This document shows positions 29,625 through 41,311 of a DNA stretch of 64,000 nucleotides, in pieces; the first letter of the stretch is position 1, and each line of letters begins with the position of its first letter. The notes under the pieces were generated by a model. The model was not told the DNA's origin. It did not search any database and saw only the letters and a program-made list of their open reading frames with translations. The position numbers were made by a program, and so were the translations under genes. The stretch comes from an uncultured delta proteobacterium (GTDB taxonomy: Bacteria; Myxococcota_A; Polyangia; Polyangiales; Polyangiaceae): NCBI GenBank assembly GCA_963841435.1, contig CAWJCS010000006.1, forward strand, positions 1 to 64,000, read 5' to 3'.

Positions 29625-29995
29625 GGCGGACAAAAACCTGCCCTTCGAACGGGTTCTCGTCAAGTTTCTTTGGCTGCGAACGCGCGCGCCACGTTCCGCG
29701 AAGCGCGCTTCGCGGGCCGCTTCCAATGCCGACGGTCGTGGCGTACCGGGGCGCCCCAGGTTTCCCTGCATTTCGCGAAACGTCGGGGAAGGACCGGCGC
29801 GCCGGGCGAGGAAGGCCCGACGGCGCCGCGGTAAGTCTCGGAAATTCAACGAAACTTGCGCGAGCCCTAGAGAGAGTGCACCGCGCGGGTTATCCTGGAG
29901 GTCAATCTGCTCGTTCGTAACCCGGCGAGGTAGGTTAGCCCGAGTCGAGTGCTAGGCTGACTCCTCTCCGCCGCCGACAGAAAACCGGGTCCCAT

Positions 29996-31096
29996 TTGAA
30001 CGCACCACAGCTTTCCGCCGTGCAAGCCGTACCTCAGGCCGAGCGGGTTCACGAGCTCGAACGCGTGCTCGCCGCCGCCAAGGACGAGCCCCACGTCATT
30101 CTACTCGGGGGGCATCCCGACCCCGACGCCATCGCGAGCGCCATGGCGCACCGGCGCCTGTGCGAGCGGCTCGGCGTCTCGGCCACCATCGCCCACGTGC
30201 TGCCGATTTCACGCTCGGAAAACCGCGCCCTCGTGAAGCTGCTCAACGTGCCGATGATCAAGGTCACGGAGACGAGCGAGCTCACGCAGTACAAGCACCT
30301 GTCCCTCGTGGACGCGAGCGCGTGCGAGACCGCCATCAGGCTGCCGCCCGGGCTCGAGGTGCTGACGATCGTCGATCATCATCGCCCGCCCGCGATTCCC
30401 AAGGCACCCTTCGTCGACATCCGTCACGACGTCGGCGCGACCTGTACCATCTACGCCGAGTACGCCGAGCACGGCCTGGCGCCCTTCGGCGCCACTGGTA
30501 ACGACGACGCCGACGTCGCGACGGCCATGTTCTTCGGCATCCAGACCGACACCGACGACTTCGCCTACGCGACACCGGCCGACTTCCGCGCCGCGGCGTA
30601 CCTCAAGCCGTTCGTCGATTCGGAGACGCTGAGCCGTGTGGGTCGTCGCGCCGTTTCGGCCGAGGCCATGGCCGCCATCGGGCGCGCGCTTCAGGATCTC
30701 GAGGTCGTGCGCGACTTCGCGATCGCCGGCGTCGGCCACGTGTCGGCGAACAATCGCGACGCCATTCCCATGGCCGCCGACTTTCTCCTACGCCGCGAGG
30801 ACATCGACACCGTGCTCGTGTTCGGCATCGTGGAAGACCGCGTCGACGGCTCGCTCCGCACGCGTCGCGCGAGCGTCGACCCTGCCGCTTTCATGCAGAA
30901 CGTGTTCGGCGCCGACAGCGAAGGGCGCCCCTACGGCGGCGGTCGCGCCGACATGGGTGGTTTCCGTATTCCGCTCGGCCTGCTCGCCGAGAGCGGCGAC
31001 GAGGACAACCTCTGGCGCATCGCCCGCGAGGTCGTGCGCCAGCGCGTCGCACGCGTCGTGCCCGAGCTCGACAAGAAGCGCGACACGCGCGTGTAG
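29996..31096 (+). CDS. DHH/DHHA1 family phosphoesterase (NrnA-like)
   Basis: HPDPDAIASA, LVD, IVDHH, GIQTDT, GSLR and GGGR motifs. Confidence 0.88.
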   Translation: MNAPQLSAVQAVPQAERVHELERVLAAAKDEPHVILLGGHPDPDAIASAMAHRRLCERLGVSATIAHVLPISRSENRALVKLLNVPMIKVTETSELTQYKHLSLVDASACETAIRLPPGLEVLTIVDHHRPPAIPKAPFVDIRHDVGATCTIYAEYAEHGLAPFGATGNDDADVATAMFFGIQTDTDDFAYATPADFRAAAYLKPFVDSETLSRVGRRAVSAEAMAAIGRALQDLEVVRDFAIAGVGHVSANNRDAIPMAADFLLRREDIDTVLVFGIVEDRVDGSLRTRRASVDPAAFMQNVFGADSEGRPYGGGRADMGGFRIPLGLLAESGDEDNLWRIAREVVRQRVARVVPELDKKRDTRV

Positions 31097-31224
31097 CGAA
31101 GGGGCGCGGGCGAGCGGTCGCGCGCCTCGCAGATCTCCCTACATCGTCGCTTTTTTCAGGGAGGCGTGCTCGTTCGCAATCGTCGAGCCGACTCGTCCGC
31201 GTCGCGGGTCCATTGAGACGAGGT

Positions 31225-32643
<1,419 letters not shown>

Positions 32644-32816
32644 CAAGGGGCGCCGGCGGACGGCGCGTGCGGCGCCGCGCGGACCGGGTCGCGCGGCCCG
32701 GCAGCACGGGCACGTGCCGGCGACGGGCGTTCGTCACGGGTCCCCCGACGCTCGAGTGGAACGGCGCCGCACGCTGCCGTCTCGACGGAGCGGGAAGTAG
32801 CCCGCCTGCAAACAAC

Positions 32817-32914
32817 ACCCTCCCGCCCGCCTCTTTGAAGAAAGGGTGACCGCAGGCAGGCAAGGCGCGGAAAGAACGAAAACCCTCCCGCCCGTCTCTT
32901 TGCAGCAAGGGGAC
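32817..32914. repeat. Two degenerate 33-34 bp direct repeats with internal hairpins (REP-like)
   Basis: ACCCTCCCGCCCGCCTCTTTGAAGAAAGGGTGAC (32817-32850) and ACCCTCCCGCCCGTCTCTTTGCAGCAAGGGGAC (32882-32914), separated by 31 nt, between convergent genes. Confidence 0.7.
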
Positions 32915-32921
32915 GAAATGC

Positions 32922-34091
32922 TTAAAAGCACCCGATCGTCGAAGTCGCGATCACCACGTCATCGATGTACGCCGTCCGCGCGTCGTCGGCCTGGTAGGAT
33001 TCCCAGCCGAGGTCGAGCTCGGAGAAGGTCGGCGCCGTCCAGGCGAAGTCGCTCGCTGCGTTGACGCAGCCTTCGCCCGTGCCGGTCATGGTCACATCGG
33101 GGACCGGGGTGCCGTCGAGGGAGAGGCGCATCGTAGCGTTCGGGCCGTCGAACTCCCATTCGACGCAGGTCCACTTGCCCGTCGGTAGCACGGTGCCCTG
33201 AGCGTGCTTCCAGCAGTCGCTGCCCGGCGTGCTCATGTTCGAGTACCAGTCGGGCGTTTCGTAGTTTGCCATGAGCTGGCTGCCGACGAAGGTTTGCCCC
33301 TGGGTGACCGGGTGCTGGCCGCCGTAGCGGTAGAGCGCGTGGTAGGTGTCGTTCGGCACGACGCCGCCGCCCGCGATGATGGTCCAGTGCACCGACTGGG
33401 TCGGCGCGGACTCGAGGAAGTACATCATGCGGCCGAACAGGTGATTTCCGGGCACGGGGAAGATCGATGCGTCGGTGATGCGCAAAAGTGCCGTCCGGCT
33501 CGTGCTCGAGCCGCTCACGGTGAATTTCACGGCCTGGCTGCCCGAGACTTTTTCGGTGGTGTCGATGGCGACCGTGCCCGAGCTCTGCTTCGCGGTCCAT
33601 TTGCCGTTCGGCGCTTGCCCCGCCGTGTAGCTCTCGAAGTCGTCGCAGAAGAGCGCCGTCGCGCAGGGGTCGCCGCTCGTGCCGGCGCTGCCGCTCGCGC
33701 CGGACGCACCGCTCGTGCCGGACGCGCCGCCTGCTGCCGAGCCCGCGTCGCCGCTCGCGCCGCCGGCACCGCTTCCGCTCGTGCCACCGTCGCCGGCGCC
33801 GGCCGCTCCGGCACCCGCCCCGCCGCCCCCCGTGCCCGACCCCGCCGTGCCCGCCGTGCCCGCCGTGCCCGCCGTGCCCGCCGTGCCCGAGCCGCCGCCG
33901 ACGGTGCCGCCCGAGCCCCCGCTCCCCGAGGCGCCGCCCGTCGCGTCGGTGCCCGAGCTGCCGCCCGTCGCACCCGACCCCGCCGCGCCGGTTCCGCCCG
34001 TCGCGGGGGCGCCGTCGTCGCCCGTGGAGCCTCCCGTGCAACCCGGAAAGAAGAGCAAGCTGAGCGGCAACGCCGCGTGCTGTAAGCGCAT
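32922..34091 (-). CDS. Lipoprotein with Gly-rich linker and Cip1-like/ConA-like (polysaccharide lyase-like) domain
   Basis: LLFFPGC lipobox; linker; ALFCDDFES, FGRMMYFL, WTCVEWEFDG, LGWESYQ and YIDDVVIATSTIGC motifs. Confidence 0.72.
   Translation of the reverse strand: MRLQHAALPLSLLFFPGCTGGSTGDDGAPATGGTGAAGSGATGGSSGTDATGGASGSGGSGGTVGGGSGTAGTAGTAGTAGTAGSGTGGGGAGAGAAGAGDGGTSGSGAGGASGDAGSAAGGASGTSGASGASGSAGTSGDPCATALFCDDFESYTAGQAPNGKWTAKQSSGTVAIDTTEKVSGSQAVKFTVSGSSTSRTALLRITDASIFPVPGNHLFGRMMYFLESAPTQSVHWTIIAGGGVVPNDTYHALYRYGGQHPVTQGQTFVGSQLMANYETPDWYSNMSTPGSDCWKHAQGTVLPTGKWTCVEWEFDGPNATMRLSLDGTPVPDVTMTGTGEGCVNAASDFAWTAPTFSELDLGWESYQADDARTAYIDDVVIATSTIGCF
33841..33885. repeat. Perfect 9-bp tandem repeat (CCCGCCGTG x5) encoding (Gly-Thr-Ala)n in the linker
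   Basis: Directly visible in the sequence. Confidence 0.9.
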
Positions 34092-34153
34092 CACTTCAGT
34101 ATCGCGCGACCGGAGGGCCGCTGCCAGGCGACCGCCGTCCGGGCTTTTTGCGG

Positions 34154-35380
34154 TCAATGGCGTCGCTGGCGCCGGGCGTCGCGGCGGGCGTCGCGGTCGT
34201 CGTCCCACTCGCGTTCGCGTTCGCGTTCGTCGTCGAGCGCTTCGCCCTCGGTGTCGATCACGCGGTAGCGCTCGCGACGCCGGCGACGCCGCGCGCGCTG
34301 CTCGCCGCGCAGCGCGTCGCGTGCCTGGCGCAGGCCCCGATCGCCGTCCTGGCCGAGCTGCCTGAGTCGCTCTGCTGCGCGCCGCAGCCCCCCGCCGAAG
34401 AAAATCGACAGGAGGGTGAGCACCACCGGTAGGAACACGCGGAACAACAACGCGGTCGAGACACGCGCAATCGCCAGGCCGATGAGCACGAGCAGGAAGA
34501 TGCCCGGGGTCGGCGGGAACCAGTGCGGACGCTCGACCGCCGCATCGCGGCGCTCGTCGCGACGGTCGTCCGCGTGCGGGCGCGCTTTGGGTGGCTCGCG
34601 CCGCGGCCTGAGCTCGGCGAGCAGCGGGCGCACGCGCGCTGGGCGGCGGTCGGGATCCGGATCGAGCATGCGGCCGAGCACGCGCGCGAGCGCGCGGTCG
34701 TGCGGGAGCACGGCGCCCACGTCGATGGCAAGGCCCCGGTGCGGCAAATCCTCCGGCTCTTTGCCGCTGGCGAGCGCGAGCGCCGTCGCACCGAGCGCGT
34801 AGACGTCACTCTGGGGCAGAGCGCGGCCCTGGAACTGCTCGGGCGCCATGTAGCCGAAGGTGCCGACGACGGTGCTGCCGCCCTCGGGTTTCAGGCTGTC
34901 GCGCACCGAGCCGAAGTCGACGAGCGCAAACGAGCCGTCCGGGCGCCGGATCACGTTGCCGGGCTTCACGTCGCGGTGGATGACGGGCGGCGCGCGACCG
35001 TGCAGGTACTCGAAGAGCTCGCCCATCTCCTCGAGCAAGCGCGTGATCTCGCCGGGGCCGAGCGTGCCGCCCCGCTTGCGGATGCTCGCGAGCGACTCTC
35101 CCTCGACCTTCTCCATCACGAGAAAGAGCGCGCCGTTCTCCTCGAAGGCGTCGAGGTAGCGCGGCAGGTGCGAGTGCGACAGCTGGGACAGGACGCGCGT
35201 TTCTCGCTCGGCCAGCTCGACGTCCTTCCAGGATTTGGCGCCGCGCACCGAAAAGCGCTTGAGCGCGACGCGCTTTTCGTCGGTGGTGTCCTTCGCCTCG
35301 AACGTTTCGGCCTGCGAGCCGCCACCGAGGAGCCCCAAAAGCTCGTAGCGTCCCGACCCGAAGCGCTCCGGCTCGCTCAC
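34154..35380 (-). CDS. Ser/Thr protein kinase with C-terminal membrane segment
   Basis: LGGGSQA, VALKRF, IHRDVKPGN, VDFG, GTFGYMAPEQ and SDVYALG motifs; GTGA overlap with the upstream gene. Confidence 0.9.
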   Translation of the reverse strand: MSEPERFGSGRYELLGLLGGGSQAETFEAKDTTDEKRVALKRFSVRGAKSWKDVELAERETRVLSQLSHSHLPRYLDAFEENGALFLVMEKVEGESLASIRKRGGTLGPGEITRLLEEMGELFEYLHGRAPPVIHRDVKPGNVIRRPDGSFALVDFGSVRDSLKPEGGSTVVGTFGYMAPEQFQGRALPQSDVYALGATALALASGKEPEDLPHRGLAIDVGAVLPHDRALARVLGRMLDPDPDRRPARVRPLLAELRPRREPPKARPHADDRRDERRDAAVERPHWFPPTPGIFLLVLIGLAIARVSTALLFRVFLPVVLTLLSIFFGGGLRRAAERLRQLGQDGDRGLRQARDALRGEQRARRRRRRERYRVIDTEGEALDDEREREREWDDDRDARRDARRQRRH

Positions 35381-35802
35381 GATGCGACGGCCTCCGCCTC
35401 GCGCCGCCGGACGCCCCGCTCGATGAAGGCCGCGATGACCGGCACCGCGAGCGAGACGCCGATCGCCGCGAGCGTCACGCGTTCCATGCCGAGGAGGCGT
35501 CCGCTCGGTTCCGCCGTGAGCAGCGCCGAGGCGCCGAGCGCGCCCGCGGCCGACGACAGGTGCTGCACCGCGTTCTGCGCGGACATGAAGCGCGCCCGCG
35601 CGGGCGTGGACGGAACGCGGGTCGCGAGCGCGTTGAGTGGCACGCCGCGTAGCGTCGCCGAAAGCATCATCAGCGAAAAGACCCAGATTAGGTGGGAGCG
35701 GGCGACGGGATTCAAGAAGCCGAGGTAGAGCGCGAGGCAGAACGCGAGGATGTTCACGAACTGAACCGCCGCGACCAGGAGCACGATCGTGCGTTCGTTC
35801 AT
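35377..35802 (-). pseudogene. Internally deleted MFS transporter (first TM fused in frame to the last TMs; 141 aa)
   Basis: MNERTIVLLVAAVQFVNIL looks like an MFS TM1 start and jumps straight to C-terminal MFS-like sequence (LRGVPLNALATRVP...RARFMSAQNAVQHL). Confidence 0.55.
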
Positions 35803-35865
35803 GCCGTTCGCGCCCCGGGGATAGCATCCGGCGCCCGCCGCGCTAAAAAGTGGGCGGAAGCAGGC

Positions 35866-37032
35866 TTACTTCAGTGCCTGCGCGACGGGCAGCGCGGCTT
35901 TTCGCACGCCGTCTGCCACGAAGCCGGCCATGAGCGCAGCGCCCGTCTTGCTGAAGTGCGTGCCGTCGATGCGCGTGCCGTCGTCGAAGAAGAACTCCGC
36001 CGACGCGAGGCAGCCGATCATGTTCAGGTAGTCGAGCGTTTTCTGGTTCAGGTCGATGACCGCCGTGCCCGTCTCGCTGGCGAGCTCCTTCATGGCGGTC
36101 GCCCAGCGCGCCGTGCCGTTGCCGAAATCATGGCTGTCGCCCGAGCAGGAGCGCCGCGGCGGCGGCGTGACGAAAACGGGCGTGGCCTCGTGCTCGCGCG
36201 CTCCGTCGACGTACACGCGAAGCCAGGTTTTGAAGTCGGTATCGGGGTCGAGATAGTAGGGGATGCTGTCGCCGTCGACGTTCGTGTACATCGCGGTCGA
36301 GTTGCTGTCGTTCGTGCCGAACTGGACGAACAGGTAGTCGCCAGGTTTTATCACCTGATAGATGCGATCGAGCGACTGCTCGTCCTCGGCGTCGATGAAG
36401 CGGCGCGCCGTGCGGCCGCCGCGCGAGCGGTTGTCCACCTTGACGCTCGAGTCGAAATGGTCGGCGAGGAACTGGCCCCAGCCACCCTGCGTCGTCGATG
36501 CGGCGTACGTCGAGGCCGTGGAGTCGCTGGCGATGTAGATCGTCGGCTGATCGGAGATCGGTGGTGCACCGGCGCTCCCAGCGCTTCCGGCGCCGCCGCC
36601 CGATTGGCCCGCCGAGCCGGAAGCACCGGCGGTGCCGCCCCCCGCCGCCCCCGCCGCCCCGCCTGCCGCGCCTGCCTGGGCAGTGCCGCCCCCGCCGCCC
36701 GACGCTGCACCCGCGCCGGCCGTCCCGGTGCCCGCGCTTCCTCCTGTGCCGGAGCCGCCCCCGAGCGCGCCGGCGTTGCCGACGCCCGAGGACCCTGCCG
36801 CGCCCCCGGGCGAGGCACCGGCGCTTCCGCTCGCGCCCGCTGCGTTGCTGCCCCCTGTGCCGCCAGCTCCCGCCGTGCCGCCGGCCGCGGCGCCGGCCGC
36901 GCCGCTCGCCCCGACGCCAGCCGTGGCACCCGTGCCGACGGTCTTCGGCAAGCCGCTCGGATCCTCCGCGCCGCACGCGAAGAGCACCGGAAGTGCGAGG
37001 AGCAGACGCGCGATCGCCGAGCGGGTCGTCAC
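35866..37032 (-). CDS. Lipoprotein, Gly-rich linker + SGNH rhamnogalacturonan acetylesterase-like (CE12) domain
   Basis: VLFAC lipobox; IASDST, GWGQ, NRSRGGRT, YLFVQFGTND and DGTH blocks. Confidence 0.85.
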   Translation of the reverse strand: MTTRSAIARLLLALPVLFACGAEDPSGLPKTVGTGATAGVGASGAAGAAAGGTAGAGGTGGSNAAGASGSAGASPGGAAGSSGVGNAGALGGGSGTGGSAGTGTAGAGAASGGGGGTAQAGAAGGAAGAAGGGTAGASGSAGQSGGGAGSAGSAGAPPISDQPTIYIASDSTASTYAASTTQGGWGQFLADHFDSSVKVDNRSRGGRTARRFIDAEDEQSLDRIYQVIKPGDYLFVQFGTNDSNSTAMYTNVDGDSIPYYLDPDTDFKTWLRVYVDGAREHEATPVFVTPPPRRSCSGDSHDFGNGTARWATAMKELASETGTAVIDLNQKTLDYLNMIGCLASAEFFFDDGTRIDGTHFSKTGAALMAGFVADGVRKAALPVAQALK

Positions 37033-37126
37033 GCAAGGTCCGTTGCCCTCGGGCGCAGAGACCAATCACCGGACGTATGCCAGAAGCAGGGTGACCGATC
37101 ACGGGCATGTCGAGCAACAGTCCCCT

Positions 37127-38376
37127 GTGCGCTCTTCGCTCGGATGGATCGCTCCCTGGTTGGCAATCGCCGTGGTCGCCGGCTGTGGCGGCGGCACCGA
37201 CGAGTCGCCTGCGGGGGCCGGGGCGGCCAGCACCAGCGGTGGCGCTCCTGCTGGCTCCGCCGGCGTCGCGACCTCCGGTGCCGCCGGGACGGTCGCCGGT
37301 TTCGGCGGTAGCTCGTCGGGGAACGGCGGCGCCCTCAGCGGCGGTGTCGGCGGACAGGCCGCGGCTTCCGGCGCCGGTGCGGGGCGACGGCGGGCGGCGC
37401 CGGCTTCGGGGGCGCCGGCTTCGGCGGCGCTGGCGGAATCTTCCCGGATGGCGGCTCGGCGGGCGAGGTCGCCGGGAGCGCAGGCGCTGGCGCGAGCGGC
37501 GCTTCGGGCGCAGGCGGTGTCGGCGGCGGCGGCGCCTCGGGCGGGAGTGGCGCCGGCGCGGGCGGCGCGGGGTCCGGCGGCGGTGCTGCAAGCGCGGGCA
37601 AGGGCGGCGGTGCGGGGCAGGGCGGCGGCGCCGGAGCCTCGACCGGTCCGATCACCGTTTGGATCGCCGGCGACTCGACGGTCGCCAACGGCAACACGCC
37701 GTGCCCCGTGGGCTGGGGGAAATCCTTCGACTCGCTCTTCGACGACCGCGTCACGGTGGTGAACAGCGCGGTCGGTGGCCGGAGCGTGCGCACCTGGCTC
37801 TACAACGTGGGCACGACGATGGACAGCACCGGCGAGTGCGTTCTCGCGAAGGACTCGCTGGGAAACCCCACGATCCAGAGCCGCTGGCAGGCCATGCTCG
37901 ACGGCATGAAAACGGGTGACTACCTGTTCATTCAGTTCGGCATCAACGACGGCGATTCCACGTGCGATCGCCACGTGGGCATCGAAGCGTTCAAGACCAC
38001 GTACGGCGTCATGGCGGCGGCGGCGAAGGAGCGCGGCACCGAGCCCGTGTTCATCACGCCCGTGAGCGCCATCGCTTGCAACGGCTCCACGGCCCGCGCG
38101 ACGCGCGGCAGCTACGTGACGGCGACCAACGACGCCGGGACGACCTACGACGTTCCCGTCATCGACCTTCACCAGCTCAGCATCGACCTTTACAACATGC
38201 GCGGCTTTTGCCCGATCCCGGGCGGTGACGTGAGCGCGAGCACGACCGGACCCGTCGGCGATTTTTTCTGCGACGACCACACGCACTTCTCGGCCTCGGG
38301 CGCGCCGGATATCGCCGCGCTCGTCGCGGGTGGGATCCGCACCGAGAGCCTCGGCCTCGCGGCGTATCTGAAGTAG
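37127..38376 (+). CDS. Second lipoprotein with Gly-rich linker + SGNH rhamnogalacturonan acetylesterase-like domain (one indel at ~37383)
   Basis: AVVAGC lipobox. After a frame change in a G-run: IAGDSTV, GWG, NSAVGGRS, YLFIQFGIND and DHTH. Confidence 0.8.
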
Positions 38377-38410
38377 CCGGGTGGACCGCGGCGGCGCCGG
38401 GCGCTTTCGT

Positions 38411-41177
38411 TCAGCCGGTGTTGCGCATCGCCTGGGCGATGCCGTTCAGCGTCGTGCCGAGCGCCTGGTCGAGGAGCGGGCGCGTCGGATGCCCTTCGGG
38501 GAGCTTGCGCTTCTTTTCGAGCAAGCTGACCTGCAAGAGCGAGAGCGGATCGACGTAAGGGTTTCTGAGCTGAAGCGACCCCTGCAAGAAGCGATGATCC
38601 GCGATGAGCTCGCGCGAGCGAATGGCGTGGAGGGCGTTCACCGTGAGGTGGAAGTCTTCGAGGATGCGGGCGGCGAGGTCGGGATGCTCGCCGAGCCTGT
38701 CGAGGTAGAGGCGCGCGATGTCGAGATCCGCCTTCGCGAGCACCATTTCGAGCTTGTCGCAGAGGTCGACGAAGAACGGCCAGCGCGCCGACATCTCCTT
38801 CAGGACATCGAGGCCGCCCGGCGACTTCATGACGTCGTCGAACGCGGCGCCCGCGCCGAGCCACGCTGACGTCATGAGGCGGATCTGCGTCCAGCCGAAA
38901 TTCCAGGGGATCGCGCGGATGCCGCGGATCGTGCCCGCGCCGCGCTCGCGGTACGCGGGCCTGGAGCCGAAGTGGACGTGCGTGAGCTCACGCACGGGGG
39001 TCGAACGAAAGAAACAGCTCGAAGAGGTGCGGGTCCTCGTGCACGAGACGGCGGTAGGCGGCCTGCGAGACCTCCGCGAGCCGTTCCATCACCGAGCGGT
39101 AGCGATCCTCGCTGCCGGGCGGCAGGGTTTCGCGAAAATCCGTGACGGCCGCCATGATGGTGCCCGTCATCATCACCTCGAAGCTGCGCTCGGCGATGCC
39201 GGGGAGACCGAACTTCTGGGAGATGATTTCGCCCTGCTCGGTGATCTTGATGCGGCCGGTGACCGTGCGCGGGGGTAGCGCGGTGAGCGCGCGGTAGACG
39301 GGCGAGCCGCCGCCACGGCCGACCGTGCCGCCACGGCCGTGGAACAGCGTGAGCGCCACGGAGTGGTCGCGCGCGATCGCCGCCAGCGACTCCTGCGCGC
39401 GATAAAGCTCCCAGGAGGCCGCCATCACGCCTGCGTCCTTCGCGGAGTCGGAGTAGCCGAGCATGATTTCCTGGTGGCGGCCGCGCGCCGCGAGCTGGCG
39501 CCCGTACACCGGATCCTCGAACAGGCTCTTCACGATGCCCGGCGCGTTGACCAGGTCGTCGCGCGTCTCGAAAAGGGGCACGACGTCGAAATCGGAGCGC
39601 GGCGGATCGGACGCCAGGTCGACGAGCCCCGCCTCCCGCCCGAGCAAGAGCACGCGCAAAAGGTCCTCGGCGCTCCTCGTCATCGACACGATGTAGGTCG
39701 GCGCCGCGGCCTCGCCGGCTTCGCGCTGGATCGTGCGCATCGTGAACAAAACGTCGATCGCCTTCTGCGAGGCCTCGTCGAGACGGGCGTTGGGCGAGTA
39801 GAGCGGGCGGCGCCCGGCGAGCTCGTTGCGGATGGCGGCTCCGTCGAGCGGCGGCAGAGCGGCGTTCTTCGCAATCGCGTCGAGCGCGCGCGTGTGCACT
39901 TCCGAGTCCTCGCGCAGGTCGAGCGTGTAGCCGTGGAAGCCGAGCGCCTCGACCATCACGATGAGCGGTTCGATGAGCGCCTCGCGCGCGTGATCGGCGC
40001 CGCTCGCGATCATGGTGCTGCGGACGAGCCCGAGATCGCCGAGCAGCTCCGCGGGGCTCTGGTACGCGCCGGGCACGCGCTCGGGGCGACCGGCGTCGCG
40101 CGAGGCGATCTCGCTCCTCAGCGCCTCGAGCCGCCCCGCGATGAACGTCAGCTTGAGGCGCAGCGGCTCGTGGGCGTCGCGCCGTCGATTCGCTTCCCAG
40201 ATGTGCGGCAGGAGCTCCTTGTCGCTCTCGAGTGACGTGCGAAGCGCTTCGCTTTCGGGCGTGAGCCGGTCGGAAATGCTGAGCCGTTCGACCAGGTCTT
40301 CGACCTTCTTGCGGTAAACGGCCAAGAGCGCGTGGCTCGTCCGGCGCACCGTCGCGAGCGTGATCTCCGGTGTGACGTAGGGGTTGCCGTCGCGGTCGCC
40401 GCCCACCCAGCTGCCGAGCGTGACCTTGAGGCCCACGCCGAGGTCGCGTCCGAACACGTCGTGGAAGGCGCGCTCGGCGCGTGCCCGCACCGCGGCCGCC
40501 GCGCCCACGAGCCTATCCTCCAAATAGTAAATCGCCGAGCTCACCTCGTCGAGCACGCTCGGGCGATCGCGACGCACCTCGTCGGTGAGCCACAACAGCT
40601 CGATGTCCGTCTCGATGGCGGCTTCAATCTCTTTTCGTTCGCTCGCCGAGACGTGGCCGCGCAGGATGAGCGCTTCCGAAAGCCGCGACTGCAACGAGAG
40701 GAGCGTGCGGCGCGTCGCTTCGGTCGGGTGCGCCGTGAGGACGGGTCTCACCTCGAGCACCCGCAAGAGCTCGCGCAGATCGCCCGCGGACTTGCCGCGC
40801 TCGGCGAGTCGCTCGAACGCCCAGCGAAAGCTGCCGGGCTGCGCCGTTCGCTGGTCGGCGATCTCGTAGGCTTGCCGGCGACGCACGCGGTGCACTTGCT
40901 CGGCCGTGTTGATGAGGAAGAAGAAGAGCGTGAACGCGCGCGCGACAGGTGCGGCAATCTCGAGCGGCAGCGCGTCGATCTCGACGAGCATGGCGTCGAG
41001 CGTCGGCGCGTCAGGGAGGCCGCGACGCCGGTCTCGCGAGGCCGTTCGCAGGCGTTCTACGGCCTGGAACGTGGCCTCGCCCTGGAGGCGGCGCACGACC
41101 CCGCCGAGAACGCCGGCGAGGTAGCGCATGTCGTCGTGGAGCGCGCGATCTTCGGGACGGACTTCGATGCTCGGCAC
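38411..41177 (-). CDS. ppc: Phosphoenolpyruvate carboxylase (one +1 indel at ~39010)
   Basis: VLTAHPTE, GGDRDGNP, VPLFET, EIMLGYSDSAKDAG, FHGRGGTVGRGG and TEQGE, then in the second frame GSRPAYR, IRAIPW, LRNPYVDPL and terminal MRNTG. Confidence 0.93.
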
Positions 41178-41311
41178 TCCAACGCTTGTCGCACGGCACG
41201 CGGACGAACGGAAGCGGGGGCGAGCGCGCACGCGCTGCAATCCACGCTTTTTCTCCGGACCAATCTTCGCTATAGCGAGGAAACAAAGGAGCGCGCCGCC
41301 GGGCAATCGAG

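Noticed and set aside
32817-32914. Possible CRISPR array
   Set aside because: Only two non-identical repeats, no leader and no cas genes; kept only as a REP-like repeat.
38988-39020. Programmed frameshifting in ppc (also considered for uca and the ABC permease)
   Set aside because: No canonical slippery heptamer with a downstream structure, these families are not known to be recoded, and similar indels occur throughout the window.
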